Origin: a virus
Lineage: Duplodnaviria; Caudoviricetes
Strand: one strand, 5' to 3'
Length of the DNA stretch: 34,519 bases
Virus record (IMG/VR): IMGVR_UViG_3300022936_000022
Span: 1-34,519 of that record
A program made the position numbers and the translations under genes. Below are positions 1 through 8,271 of the stretch, in pieces; the first letter of the stretch is position 1, and each line of letters starts with the position of its first letter. The notes below the pieces were generated by a model. That model made no database searches. It was not told the DNA's origin and worked only from the letters and a program-made list of their open reading frames with translations.

Positions 1-84
1 CGCCGACGCCGCCGCCTCCGCCGCCTACGCCTACGCCTGCGCCGCCGACGCCGCCGCCTCCGCCGCCTACGCCGACGCCGCCAC
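1..84. repeat. Low-complexity GCC/GAC/TAC/TCC coding repeat
   Basis: GCCGACGCCGCCGCCTCCGCCGCCTACGCC occurs twice; it encodes A/D/S/Y repeats. Confidence 0.85.
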
Positions 85-184
85 CCGTGACGGAGTGCTG
101 TCAAAAGCCGCTGAAATTGGCGTCCAGGCCCTTAAAAAGCTCGGGTCAAAGGGCGTTGAATGGCTCGATCTGTGCGACGAGTGA
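2..184 (+). CDS. Partial (5'-truncated) Ala-rich repeat phage protein
   Basis: Frame 2 is open from the window edge: ADAAASAAYAYACAADAAASAAYADAATRDGVLSKAAEIGVQALKKLGSKGVEWLDLCDE*; TGA at 182-184 overlaps the next GTG. Confidence 0.75.
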   Translation, partial: ADAAASAAYAYACAADAAASAAYADAATRDGVLSKAAEIGVQALKKLGSKGVEWLDLCDE

Positions 185-351
185 CCCCTGACTTTGAGAA
201 GTCGCGCAGGGTGAATATCTCGCTGCGCAGCCTTGCTCAAAAACAGAAACTGGCGCGGCTTGGCGGGTCGCGGTTCGTCCAGTGGGCGATTGAGTCGGCA
301 CCTGAGCCGTGCAAACTCCTGGCCCCAAAGCGAGCCAAGGAAAAGAAATGA
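181..351 (+). CDS. Small basic hypothetical protein, possibly DNA-binding
   Basis: GTGA coupling to the upstream stop and ATGA coupling downstream; part of ORF 160..351. Confidence 0.6.
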   Translation: MTPDFEKSRRVNISLRSLAQKQKLARLGGSRFVQWAIESAPEPCKLLAPKRAKEKK

Positions 352-464
352 ACGCCCACATCCTCAAATGGTATCGCTGGCGTATCTGGTGCGCCAAGAT
401 GGACGGCAGGCTATTTGCGCAAACGGTCTTGATCCAGTGGCATAACGAGGAATTGGCGAAGTGA
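348..464 (+). CDS. Hypothetical 38-aa protein (not in ORF track)
   Basis: MNAHILKWYRWRIWCAKMDGRLFAQTVLIQWHNEELAK*; 4-nt overlaps with both neighbours, AAGGA upstream. Confidence 0.55.
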   Translation: MNAHILKWYRWRIWCAKMDGRLFAQTVLIQWHNEELAK

Positions 465-865
465 CCGGCCCCTTCCGTCTAGTACATCAGACAGCCCGCA
501 ACCTAGCCATAGAAGCGGTTAGGACGGCTCCTGATGGCTATATCTGCACGATCAAGCCGCCTACTCGTAGTTTGGAGGCAAATGCACGCATGTGGGTCTT
601 GCTGGGCGAGCTATCCGAGCAGCTTGAATGGTATGGCCGCAAACTCTCGCCGGAAAGCTGGAAGCACGTTTTGTCTTCCTCGTTGAAGAAGCTAGAGGTT
701 GTGCCAAACATCGAAGGAACAGGATTTGTCGCTTTGGGCCTGTCCACAAGCAAGATGACCCGCCAAGAGATGAGCGACATGATGACGCTGATCGAGGCTT
801 TTGGGGTTGAGCGCGGGGTAATTTTTAAGGAGCCTGACGGCCCTCCTTCTGGCCGTCAAAACTGA
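461..865 (+). CDS. ninB: NinB (lambda Orf) family recombination protein
   Basis: TRSLEANARMW, WYGRKLSPESWK, VPNIEGTGFVALGLSTSKM motifs typical of NinB/YbcN; GAGGA RBS. Confidence 0.9.
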   Translation: MTGPFRLVHQTARNLAIEAVRTAPDGYICTIKPPTRSLEANARMWVLLGELSEQLEWYGRKLSPESWKHVLSSSLKKLEVVPNIEGTGFVALGLSTSKMTRQEMSDMMTLIEAFGVERGVIFKEPDGPPSGRQN

Positions 866-874
866 AAGAGAACC

Positions 875-1123
875 ATGAATTTCGGACAAGCATTGGATGC
901 CATCAAGACGGGGAACTTTGTGCAACGCGCCGGTTGGAACGGCAAGGGTCTTGTGCTGGCGCTTCAAAAACCAGACGCCGGGAGTTTCATGACGCTCCCC
1001 TACATTTACATGGAATACCCCGATAACGCCATCAACACTCCTGGTGCTCGCGTTCCTTGGTTGGCTAGCCAAACTGATTTGCTCGCTGAAGATTGGCGGC
1101 TTGTTACGGAAGATAAAGTGTAA
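875..1123 (+). CDS. DUF2829 / Tad2-like anti-defence sponge protein
   Basis: MNFGQAL..K.G..VQRAGWNGKG ... PYIY ... VPWLASQTDLLAEDW is the DUF2829 signature. Confidence 0.85.
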   Translation: MNFGQALDAIKTGNFVQRAGWNGKGLVLALQKPDAGSFMTLPYIYMEYPDNAINTPGARVPWLASQTDLLAEDWRLVTEDKV

Positions 1124-1129
1124 CCCAAA

Positions 1130-1696
1130 ATGCTCTCCACCAAGCCCGGCAAATGCCGCCACTGCAAGCAAAGGCTCGACAAGATCGGCCAGAAGCTGCA
1201 CGACGACTGCGTTTCGGCTTGGTGGGCAGCTAATCAGGCCAAGATAAGGGCGAAGGTCGTCAAAGCGGACAAAGTGGCTACAAAGGGCAAGCTGGAAAAG
1301 CTCAAGACACCTTCAAAATGGGAAGACGAATGCCGCCAGATCGTCCAGAAGTACGCCCGTATCCGGGACAGGAATGACGGTTGCATCTCTTGTGAGCTTC
1401 CGGCTAATTGGGATGGGCAGTGGCATGGATCGCACTTCAGAAGCCATGGCGCGGCCTCGGCGGTGCAATTCAACCTCTGGAACATTCACAAGTCCTGCTG
1501 GATATGCAACAAGATCTATTCGGGTCGAATTGACGGCTACGAGCCAAGGCTGGTTGCCAAGATTGGGCAAGACAAGGTGGACTGGCTCAAGTCACAAAAC
1601 CAGATCGTGCGGCATGACGTGGACTACTACAAACGGTTTAAGGCTGTCATGGGCAAAAAACTCAGGCGGCTGGAGAAAAGGATAAAGAATGACTGA
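1130..1696 (+). CDS. ninG: NinG (Rap) family endonuclease
   Basis: N-terminal CxxC, then RIRDRNDGCISC, H-G-S-H-F-R-S, NIHKSCWICN, Y...L..KIG: NinG HNH-like pattern; nin-region context. Confidence 0.88.
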   Translation: MLSTKPGKCRHCKQRLDKIGQKLHDDCVSAWWAANQAKIRAKVVKADKVATKGKLEKLKTPSKWEDECRQIVQKYARIRDRNDGCISCELPANWDGQWHGSHFRSHGAASAVQFNLWNIHKSCWICNKIYSGRIDGYEPRLVAKIGQDKVDWLKSQNQIVRHDVDYYKRFKAVMGKKLRRLEKRIKND

Positions 1697-1880
1697 CGGC
1701 TGCGATCCTTGGTTTAACCCAGACCAAAGCGACCCCAACAAGGTAACGGTATTTGCCAAGCTAAGAAACGGCATCATCGCCCGCTTTGAGGTTCCTGCTG
1801 ACAAGCACTCAGATGCTATCTGGTGGGTCAGCAAAGAAGTCGAGGCTAGGCCCGTGCTGGCGCTGATTCAAGGTGGCTAG
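1689..1880 (+). CDS. Hypothetical protein
   Basis: 63-aa ORF overlapping both neighbours, AAGGA upstream. Confidence 0.55.
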   Translation: MTDGCDPWFNPDQSDPNKVTVFAKLRNGIIARFEVPADKHSDAIWWVSKEVEARPVLALIQGG

Positions 1881-2148
1881 TCCTACCGGCTCCAGCGCAA
1901 AGATATGGCTCTACCTAGCCTCAATCACTCCAACAAGCCTCACAGCCCCTCAGATCGGCAAAGCCCTGCCTGAACTACCAAGGGCCAGCGTACACAGTCT
2001 GATGCAAGGATTAGGCCGTAGAGGTGCTGTGCTGGTGCAGGAGTTCGGAGGGAAGTCGTCCTTCTCGGTCAATCTTCAATGTGAAGTGCCGCAGGGGATA
2101 ACGGTGGAAGAGGTTCAGGGTGCTTTTAAGGCTTGCAATCTCCCGTAA
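1873..2148 (+). CDS. Putative winged-HTH DNA-binding protein at the Q-equivalent position
   Basis: LTAPQIGKALPELPRASVHSLMQGLGRRGAV resembles a wHTH; last gene before the candidate late promoter. Confidence 0.6.
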   Translation: MASPTGSSAKIWLYLASITPTSLTAPQIGKALPELPRASVHSLMQGLGRRGAVLVQEFGGKSSFSVNLQCEVPQGITVEEVQGAFKACNLP

Positions 2149-2160
2149 GTTGTCCATAAT
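2133..2160 (+). promoter_or_regulatory. Candidate sigma70 late promoter (pR'-like)
   Basis: TTGCAA (2133-2138), 16 nt, CATAAT (2155-2160), followed by a structured leader. Confidence 0.55.
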
Positions 2161-2227
2161 CGGCACTGCGCTTCCTCATCTGAGCGCAGTTGTCTTCTAT
2201 CCTCCTTTGGCGTACCTGACGCCATTA

Positions 2228-2261
2228 GCCCTCGCTGTTCGATAGCAGCGGGGGCACTTTT
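2228..2261 (+). terminator. Intrinsic terminator/attenuator (tR'-like)
   Basis: 12-bp stem GCCCTCGCTGTT/AGCAGCGGGGGC (with G-U pairs) followed by ACTTTT. Confidence 0.65.
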
Positions 2262-2265
2262 AACG

Positions 2266-2490
2266 ATGACCGCTGAACAACTCCACACCGCCGCCCTGAC
2301 TCAGTTTGCCGCCCTAACCCGGCACAAACCAGAATCGCTCGCAGATCAGTTCAAAACTGAAATCAGCGCAACCACGGTAAAGCTCAGGTTTGGCAAGAGA
2401 AGCCACACAGCAGACCTCCCTGCAGGCTGGCAGGACGCAGACACCCTAGATTTGAGCGGCGCTGTCATGGCGCTGTATAAGAGCGTATGA
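2266..2490 (+). CDS. Hypothetical protein
   Basis: 74-aa ORF starting just after the terminator; ATGA overlap with the next ORF. Confidence 0.6.
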   Translation: MTAEQLHTAALTQFAALTRHKPESLADQFKTEISATTVKLRFGKRSHTADLPAGWQDADTLDLSGAVMALYKSV

Positions 2491-2618
2491 ACTTCACCAT
2501 CCTAGCCATTGCCTGCGGACACGTGTGCAACGGCATCCGCCCACCCAAGGTTAAAACCATCGCGTGGAAGCTCCTGGCTCCGCTTTGGATGGAGCCGGTC
2601 AGGGTGGTTCGCAGGTGA
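2487..2618 (+). CDS. Hypothetical 43-aa protein (not in ORF track)
   Basis: MNFTILAIACGHVCNGIRPPKVKTIAWKLLAPLWMEPVRVVRR*; ATGA coupling. Confidence 0.45.
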   Translation: MNFTILAIACGHVCNGIRPPKVKTIAWKLLAPLWMEPVRVVRR

Positions 2619-2670
2619 CGTTACTTTCCGCACACTTGGGCGTCTAAAGTGGAACGGAATAGAATTCACC

Positions 2671-2991
2671 ATGGCTAAAGGAATCAAAACAGGCGGCAGG
2701 CAGGCAGGAACGCCAAATAAGGCGACTTCCGAGTTCCGCCAGACCATTACTGCCTTGCTAGAGAAAAACGCGGCAAACGTCGATCTATGGCTTCAGCGTG
2801 TGGCGGACGGCGAAGGTGATGTAAAGCCAGACCCGGCCAAAGCTCTTGATCTGCTTGCTAAATTGGCTGAATTTGGAGCGCCAAAACTAGGCAGGACTGA
2901 ATTGGTTGGGGATGGCGGTGGCCCCATCGAGTTCGTGACCAAAGAGCAGCGGGACGCCGCAGTCCTGGCCGCTTCCCGCGCTGACAAATGA
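2671..2991 (+). CDS. terS: Terminase small subunit
   Basis: MAKGIKTGGRQAGTPNKAT N-terminal motif and APKL..TEL.G..GGPI C-terminal motif; upstream of TerL. Start moved to ATG 2671. Confidence 0.8.
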   Translation: MAKGIKTGGRQAGTPNKATSEFRQTITALLEKNAANVDLWLQRVADGEGDVKPDPAKALDLLAKLAEFGAPKLGRTELVGDGGGPIEFVTKEQRDAAVLAASRADK

Positions 2992-3155
2992 AAATACGTG
3001 TTGCTCTGATGGATATGGGGACGCAACTTGCGGTGTGTTGGTCTGTAAGGGGTCGCAGATATGGGGTTCGGCTAAATATTCCATTTGCTGGCGCTTTGGC
3101 TGATTGGCGATGGAGGCAAAAGCAACGTGAGCAAGCCAAGCGCGCCAACCCCTGA
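2988..3155 (+). CDS. Hypothetical 55-aa protein between terS and terL (not in ORF track)
   Basis: ATGA coupling with terS; MKIRVALMDMGTQLAVCWSVRGRRYGVRLNIPFAGALADWRWRQKQREQAKRANP*. Confidence 0.5.
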   Translation: MKIRVALMDMGTQLAVCWSVRGRRYGVRLNIPFAGALADWRWRQKQREQAKRANP

Positions 3156-4569
3156 AGACTTCGCTTTCTCTCGCCTGATCGCATACGCAGCGTATCAATG
3201 GCCCGGCTACAAAGACGCCGCGCACCATAGGCTGATCGCCCGCAAGCTGGAGGCGGTAGAACGAGGCGAAATTGACCGTCTGATGATCTTCATGCCGCCT
3301 AGACACGGTAAATCCATGTTGGCGAGTGAGTTCTTCCCAGCATGGTATCTAGGTCGCAACCCTGATCATTACGTTGTCGCTGCCACCTATGGTCAAGAAC
3401 TGGCTGACGACTTCGGGCGCAAGGTCAAGAACCAATTAATCGAGCCTGCTTACCAAGGAATCTTCCCCGGCGTCACGCTGGCCGATGACAGCAAAAGCTC
3501 TAAGCGATTCCATGTGAACGGCTCCGAAGGCGGATTCGAGCATCAAGTTACACAAAGGGGCGCTTACTACGCTGTGGGTGTCGGTGGCCCCCTAACTGGC
3601 CGTGGCGCTCACCTGATGCTGATCGACGACCCGATCAAGAACCGTGATGACGCAGACAGCGAGATTGTCCGCAAGAAACTAAAAGACTGGTACACCTCCA
3701 CGGCTTATACCCGCCTGATGCCTGGGGGCAAGATCATCGTCATTCAGACCCGCTGGCATGAAGACGACCTAGCCGGGTGGCTGATGGATTCGCACAAAGC
3801 CGAGGGGTGGAATGTGCTGAGCCTGCCCGCTCTGGATGGTGACGAGCCATTGTGGCCTGAGCAATACGACAAAACGGCTCTTCTGCGCATCAAAGCTGCC
3901 GTTAGCCCTCGGGATTGGTCCGCGCTTTACCAGCAGTCGCCTAGCCCCGATGAGGGGACGTATTTCCTGCGGGAGTGGTTCAAGTTCTGGAAAGTGCGCC
4001 CTGCACTGAACATCTACGGCACCAGCGATTACGCCGTGACCGACAAAGGCGGGGATTACACCGTTCACCGGATATGGGGCGTGGCACCGAATGGTGATCT
4101 TTACCGGCTGGATGGGTGGAGGGGCCAGACCACGGCGGATGTGTGGATCGACAAGAAACTAGACCTGATCGACCGCTACAAGCCTTTAGCGTGGTTTGGA
4201 GAGGCTGGGGTTATCCAAAAAGCCATTGAGCCGATGCTGACCAGCCGTATGCGGGAGCGAAACATTTACTGCCGCATGGAGTGGATGAGTTCCATCACTG
4301 ACAAACCGACCCGCGCCCGAGGCTTCCAGGCCCGCGCAGCCAGCGGGAGGGTTTGGTTCGAGCAAGGGGCCGAGATTGACGAATTCCTCCGTTTCCCGGC
4401 GGGCGCGAATGATGACGATGTGGACGTAGCTGGTCTGATGGGCAGAGCTTTGGACATGGCGCACCCAGCCATCATGCCGGTCAAGGACACAAAGAAGCCG
4501 TACCAAGACCGCTGGTATGAGCAGTTCGAGAAAGAAGAACAAGACGCGAATAGCTGGAAAACCTCTTGA
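3127..4569 (+). CDS. terL: Terminase large subunit
   Basis: Walker A MPPRHGKS, GRGAHLMLIDDP Walker B, QTRWH coupling motif, C-terminal FP.GANDDDVD nuclease motif; GGAGG RBS before GTG 3127. Confidence 0.97.
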   Translation: MSKPSAPTPEDFAFSRLIAYAAYQWPGYKDAAHHRLIARKLEAVERGEIDRLMIFMPPRHGKSMLASEFFPAWYLGRNPDHYVVAATYGQELADDFGRKVKNQLIEPAYQGIFPGVTLADDSKSSKRFHVNGSEGGFEHQVTQRGAYYAVGVGGPLTGRGAHLMLIDDPIKNRDDADSEIVRKKLKDWYTSTAYTRLMPGGKIIVIQTRWHEDDLAGWLMDSHKAEGWNVLSLPALDGDEPLWPEQYDKTALLRIKAAVSPRDWSALYQQSPSPDEGTYFLREWFKFWKVRPALNIYGTSDYAVTDKGGDYTVHRIWGVAPNGDLYRLDGWRGQTTADVWIDKKLDLIDRYKPLAWFGEAGVIQKAIEPMLTSRMRERNIYCRMEWMSSITDKPTRARGFQARAASGRVWFEQGAEIDEFLRFPAGANDDDVDVAGLMGRALDMAHPAIMPVKDTKKPYQDRWYEQFEKEEQDANSWKTS

Positions 4570-4620
4570 CTGTCTGATTTCCAGACACTTATACTCGCGC
4601 CACTGTCTGATTTCCATACA
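4566..4620 (+). promoter_or_regulatory. Sigma70 promoter with two operator-like repeats upstream of the portal
   Basis: TTGACT (4566-4571), 18 nt, TATACT (4590-4595); ACTGTCTGATTTCCA(G/T)ACA at 4569-4587 and 4602-4620 with TGTCTG-N5-CAGACA dyad. Confidence 0.75.
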
Positions 4621-4632
4621 GTCTAGGGCGCA

Positions 4633-6543
4633 ATGATCGACGTACCCAACACAGCAGCAGAGAGTGGCACCGGATTCGACGATCTGGAAGACCAACTGAC
4701 GGCGTGTGTTCAGCATTTCGAGGAAGCAGAGAACTCCGGGCGCGAGGCTCGGGAACTGTCCGTCCGGGACCGCTGGTATTACGACAATGAGCAGTGGACG
4801 CCGGAAGAACTAAGCATCCTGCGCAAGCGTAAGCAGCCTCCGCTTACCATCAACTACATCAAGAAGAAGGTCGAAGTCCTGCGCGGCTATGAGCGCAAGG
4901 TACGTTCCGACCCGAAAGCTTTCCCCCGCACTCCGACAGAAGAAGCCCGCGCAGACGCAGCGACGGACAGCCTACGGTTTGTTGCCGATCAGAACGACTA
5001 CGACGAGATTCGCTCCAACATCTACGAGAACCTGCTGATTGAAGGCACGGGCGGAGTTGATGTGGTGGTCGAGCAGACCAAGATCGGCGATTACAAGATC
5101 GTCTACAAGCGCATCCCGTGGGATCGCCTGTTCTGGGACCCGCACAGCTACGAGAAAGACTTTTCCGACGCCAATTACAAGGGAATTGTGATTTGGATGG
5201 ACCGTAGCGAGGCTGAGGACAAGTGGCCTGATGCGCGGGATGCCATTGAGAACACCTGCTCTGGCGGTGGTTCTAGCGCCTTCTCCGAGGTGTACGAAGA
5301 CAAGCCGCGCTTCCAAATCTGGACCGACAGCCGCCGTAAGCGTGTGCGGATCGTGCAGATTCACTACAAGTGGCGCGGTGAATGGCTGGTGGCAACGTAC
5401 ACCAAGGGCGGTTTCCTCGAAGAACCCGTTAAGTCCCCGTATCTGGACAAAGATGGCGATTCGTGCAGTTCGCTCATCATGCGCTCTGCCTACATTGACC
5501 AGGAGAACAACCGCTACGGCGATGTTCGCAGTCTGATCAGCCTGCAAGACGAAATCAACAAGCGTCGTTCCAAGGCTCTGCACCTGATGAGCGTGCGGCA
5601 GACCTTTGGCGACAAGACCGCCATTGCCGACACTCAAGCAGCCAAGAACGAGCTTGCCAAGCCTGATGGGCACGTTGAAACCAATGCAGGCGCAGAGTTC
5701 GGGAAGAACTTCGGCATTCTCCCCACTGGCGACATGGCGCAAGGTCAAGTCCTGCTCATGCAGCAAGCAGTGCAGGAGATGCAGGCCAGCGGCCCTAACC
5801 CTGCTTTGGCTGGCAAGGACACATCCCTGCGCTCTGGCCGTGCCATCCAAGCCCAGCAGCAAGGCGGCGCGGTAGAGATTGAACCGGGCCTAGATGACCT
5901 CAAGCAGTTCTCCCGCGACATTTACGAGGCTACATGGTCGCGTATCAAACAGTTCTGGACCGCTGAAAAGTGGGTGCGCGTCACTGATGATGAACGTAAT
6001 CTAAAGTGGGTTGGCCTGAACAAGCCCGTGACGATGGAGCAGAAGATTGCCCAGCAACTGGAGCAGGTCCCGCCAGAAGCCCAAGAGCAGGCAATGGCTG
6101 AAATCATGGCGATGAACGGCATTCAAAGCCCGTATGACCCGCGTCTGAAACAAGTTGTCGAGACTGAAAACAGCGTCTCCGACTTGGATGTGGACATTGT
6201 GATCGAGGAAGGTCCGGACATTGCCAGCCTGCAAAGCGAGCAGTTCGAGATTCTTGCTGGACTGGCTCAGTCTGGAATGCAAATCCCCGCCGAAGTCATC
6301 ATCATGGCTTCCAGCCTGCGGAACAAGGATGCGCTGATCGAGAAGATCGAGAAAGCACAACAACAGCAGGCCCAAGCGCAACAGCAAGCCGCCCAACAGG
6401 CAGGCCAGCTTGCGCAAGAGAAGGCCCAATCCGAAGCGCAGAACAAGTCCGCTCAGTCGCAGAAGTACCTTGCAGAAGCTGAGGGGACCGAGATTGACAA
6501 CGCGGCCAAGGCCCAGAGTCTGCTTAACCCAATGGTGATGTAA
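4633..6543 (+). CDS. Portal protein (P22-like podovirus type)
   Basis: YYDNEQW...L..RKQPPLTINYI, QDEINKRRSK, SGRAIQAQQQGG motifs and a Gln-rich C-terminal barrel; follows terL. Confidence 0.93.
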   Translation: MIDVPNTAAESGTGFDDLEDQLTACVQHFEEAENSGREARELSVRDRWYYDNEQWTPEELSILRKRKQPPLTINYIKKKVEVLRGYERKVRSDPKAFPRTPTEEARADAATDSLRFVADQNDYDEIRSNIYENLLIEGTGGVDVVVEQTKIGDYKIVYKRIPWDRLFWDPHSYEKDFSDANYKGIVIWMDRSEAEDKWPDARDAIENTCSGGGSSAFSEVYEDKPRFQIWTDSRRKRVRIVQIHYKWRGEWLVATYTKGGFLEEPVKSPYLDKDGDSCSSLIMRSAYIDQENNRYGDVRSLISLQDEINKRRSKALHLMSVRQTFGDKTAIADTQAAKNELAKPDGHVETNAGAEFGKNFGILPTGDMAQGQVLLMQQAVQEMQASGPNPALAGKDTSLRSGRAIQAQQQGGAVEIEPGLDDLKQFSRDIYEATWSRIKQFWTAEKWVRVTDDERNLKWVGLNKPVTMEQKIAQQLEQVPPEAQEQAMAEIMAMNGIQSPYDPRLKQVVETENSVSDLDVDIVIEEGPDIASLQSEQFEILAGLAQSGMQIPAEVIIMASSLRNKDALIEKIEKAQQQQAQAQQQAAQQAGQLAQEKAQSEAQNKSAQSQKYLAEAEGTEIDNAAKAQSLLNPMVM

Positions 6544-6750
6544 ATGGCTGATGCAACTGTTCCTCTTCCTCGCCCAGGCGCTGTGCAGGGTTACACCAAA
6601 CTCAGCGATGAAAGCTACGCGCCTAACGTGGCTGTGGTGACTGCTGCGGCCACTTCGGACATTGCGATCCCGCTACCTTTCTTGGGTGGTGAGTTGGCTT
6701 ACAAGCTGCAATCTGACGGAACCTACGCTATGTGCGTGGTATCGGTGTAA
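6544..6750 (+). CDS. Small virion-associated protein made of two ~30-aa repeats
   Basis: Abuts the portal stop; internal repeat PLP..G.....L.SD.(S/T)YA..V. Confidence 0.7.
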   Translation: MADATVPLPRPGAVQGYTKLSDESYAPNVAVVTAAATSDIAIPLPFLGGELAYKLQSDGTYAMCVVSV

Positions 6751-7895
6751 TGGCTGACGGACTCGTCGCACTTCCCTTCCTTGGCGGACAGCAGGGCTTC
6801 ACGCGCCTTGCTGATGGGTCGTTTGCGATGAATGTGCGCCTGTTCACCGACCTTGCGGCCTTGATCGCACGAATCTGGAACAACGGAGCCAACGACGGCG
6901 CGGTGTACCTTGACCCCCTCAACGGTCAGGCGTACCAGGAAAACACTGGAGTGACGCTGACCACGCTGGCGGGGCAGACGGTGGGGTTCTGGGGGGATGG
7001 GAAGGCTTCGTATGCGCGGGGTGCGGAGCGGGTTACCACACCAAATATCAATGGTGTGGCAATTGGCGGGCCTGTAACGACGCTGTACCCCACGGGGGCG
7101 TCCATTCTCACCGGCCCATACTATGAGGCGAGTTACACGGTGTCTGGATACGCCGGTACGGCATCGGTGGGTTTCCAGACCTCGCGCTTAAGTCCCAACA
7201 TCACGGCGGGACTAAATGGGTTCTTCCGGGGCATCAGTGTGGGGGTGGCTACCACCACGGTGAGCATGTTCACCCGGGACACCAACACCGCAAATTTCAG
7301 CAACATCTCCATCCGCGAATACCCCGGCAACCACGCTACCCAATCAGTAGCAGGCTCCCGGCCAGTCGTGGCAGTCTTCAACGGCAAGAACTTCGTCCAG
7401 TTTGATGGCAGCGATGACAACTTAACTTCCGCTACAGGCGGAGGGGCAACCACGGGATCGTGGACGATTGCAGTACGGAAGAACGGCGGGGATGGCGTTG
7501 GGCAAGTCATCTGGTCGGACCTCGGCACCAATACCGGGCTACGCATCCGGTTCGACACCGCCAACCGGGTTGCCATCCGTGTCGGTAACGGCGCTTCCTT
7601 CATGGACTTGACGAGTGCCACAACCGTTTTGGCCGGTTCTACCTGTGTCATCAGAGTGCGCTATGACGGGGCTGTCTTGTACCTGCGCATCGACAACGGC
7701 ACAGAGGTGACCGCAGCTGCTGTACTGGCCGCCGGTACTGCGCAGATGACTGTGGGCAAGAACAATAACGTTGCTAGTGACTACCTCAACGGCGCAATCG
7801 CATCCCTGTTCTACACCAAAGATTTCGTTCCCGATTCAGCCGACCTCCAAACTCTCGCTAATCAAGCCGCAGCGTCTGCGGGCATCACCATCTAA
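6750..7895 (+). CDS. Putative head/tail appendage protein with C-terminal LamG/ConA-like domain
   Basis: TAATG coupling; NHATQ...SRP......FDGSDD motif, YDGAVLYLRIDNG and YLNGAI beta-sandwich signatures; G/T/A-rich. Confidence 0.7.
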   Translation: MADGLVALPFLGGQQGFTRLADGSFAMNVRLFTDLAALIARIWNNGANDGAVYLDPLNGQAYQENTGVTLTTLAGQTVGFWGDGKASYARGAERVTTPNINGVAIGGPVTTLYPTGASILTGPYYEASYTVSGYAGTASVGFQTSRLSPNITAGLNGFFRGISVGVATTTVSMFTRDTNTANFSNISIREYPGNHATQSVAGSRPVVAVFNGKNFVQFDGSDDNLTSATGGGATTGSWTIAVRKNGGDGVGQVIWSDLGTNTGLRIRFDTANRVAIRVGNGASFMDLTSATTVLAGSTCVIRVRYDGAVLYLRIDNGTEVTAAAVLAAGTAQMTVGKNNNVASDYLNGAIASLFYTKDFVPDSADLQTLANQAAASAGITI

Positions 7896-7905
7896 GGAAA
7901 TCCAA

Positions 7906-8202
7906 ATGCCATCCGTTTACCTTGCAGGTTGCATCACCAACGCCAATTACGCCGACATGCAGACCGCTTGTCTCGGCGAGCTGGGGTTTGTCCGTCAATG
8001 CGTATTGAAAGCCGCAGACCCCTACGGCCCTGGCTCACACCTGATGGCAGAAGGTCTCATCTCGCCGGAAGCCCAGGAAGGCGCGATCAATTCAGGGCTG
8101 CTGATGACCGGATACAGCACCACGCCGGGCGGAAACGTCTGGGGGCCTGGTGGCGTTGTCGATTCTGCCGGGCTCAAAGACAAGCTCTGGCCTGATGAAT
8201 AA
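7906..8202 (+). CDS. Hypothetical protein, possible chaperone/partner of the upstream appendage protein
   Basis: AAGGA RBS before ATG 7906 (MPSVYLAG...). Confidence 0.6.
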   Translation: MPSVYLAGCITNANYADMQTACLGELGFVRQCVLKAADPYGPGSHLMAEGLISPEAQEGAINSGLLMTGYSTTPGGNVWGPGGVVDSAGLKDKLWPDE

Positions 8203-8221
8203 GTTTCTCGCCAGCAATGGC

Positions 8222-8271
8222 ACCGTCGCCGGGTTTCGGGCGTTTACCGTCGCCGGGGTTTGATCGGGCGT
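8222..8271 (+). promoter_or_regulatory. Tandem hairpin RNA element in the scaffold leader
   Basis: ACCGTCGCCGGG...CGGGCGT twice (8222-8243, 8246-8271), ending 1 nt before the AAGGA RBS. Confidence 0.65.

Noticed and set aside
2491-2670. Possible pseudoknot/ribozyme from CCTGCGGA/TTCGCAGG, CCCAAG/CTTGGG and GGCTCC/GGAGCC pairings
   Set aside because: Pairings are short, do not fit HDV or hammerhead cores, and most of the span is explained by the coupled ORF 2487..2618.
4603-4621. LexA/SOS box (CTGT...ACAG)
   Set aside because: Spacer is 11 nt, not the 8 nt of CTGT-N8-ACAG; kept only as an unknown operator.
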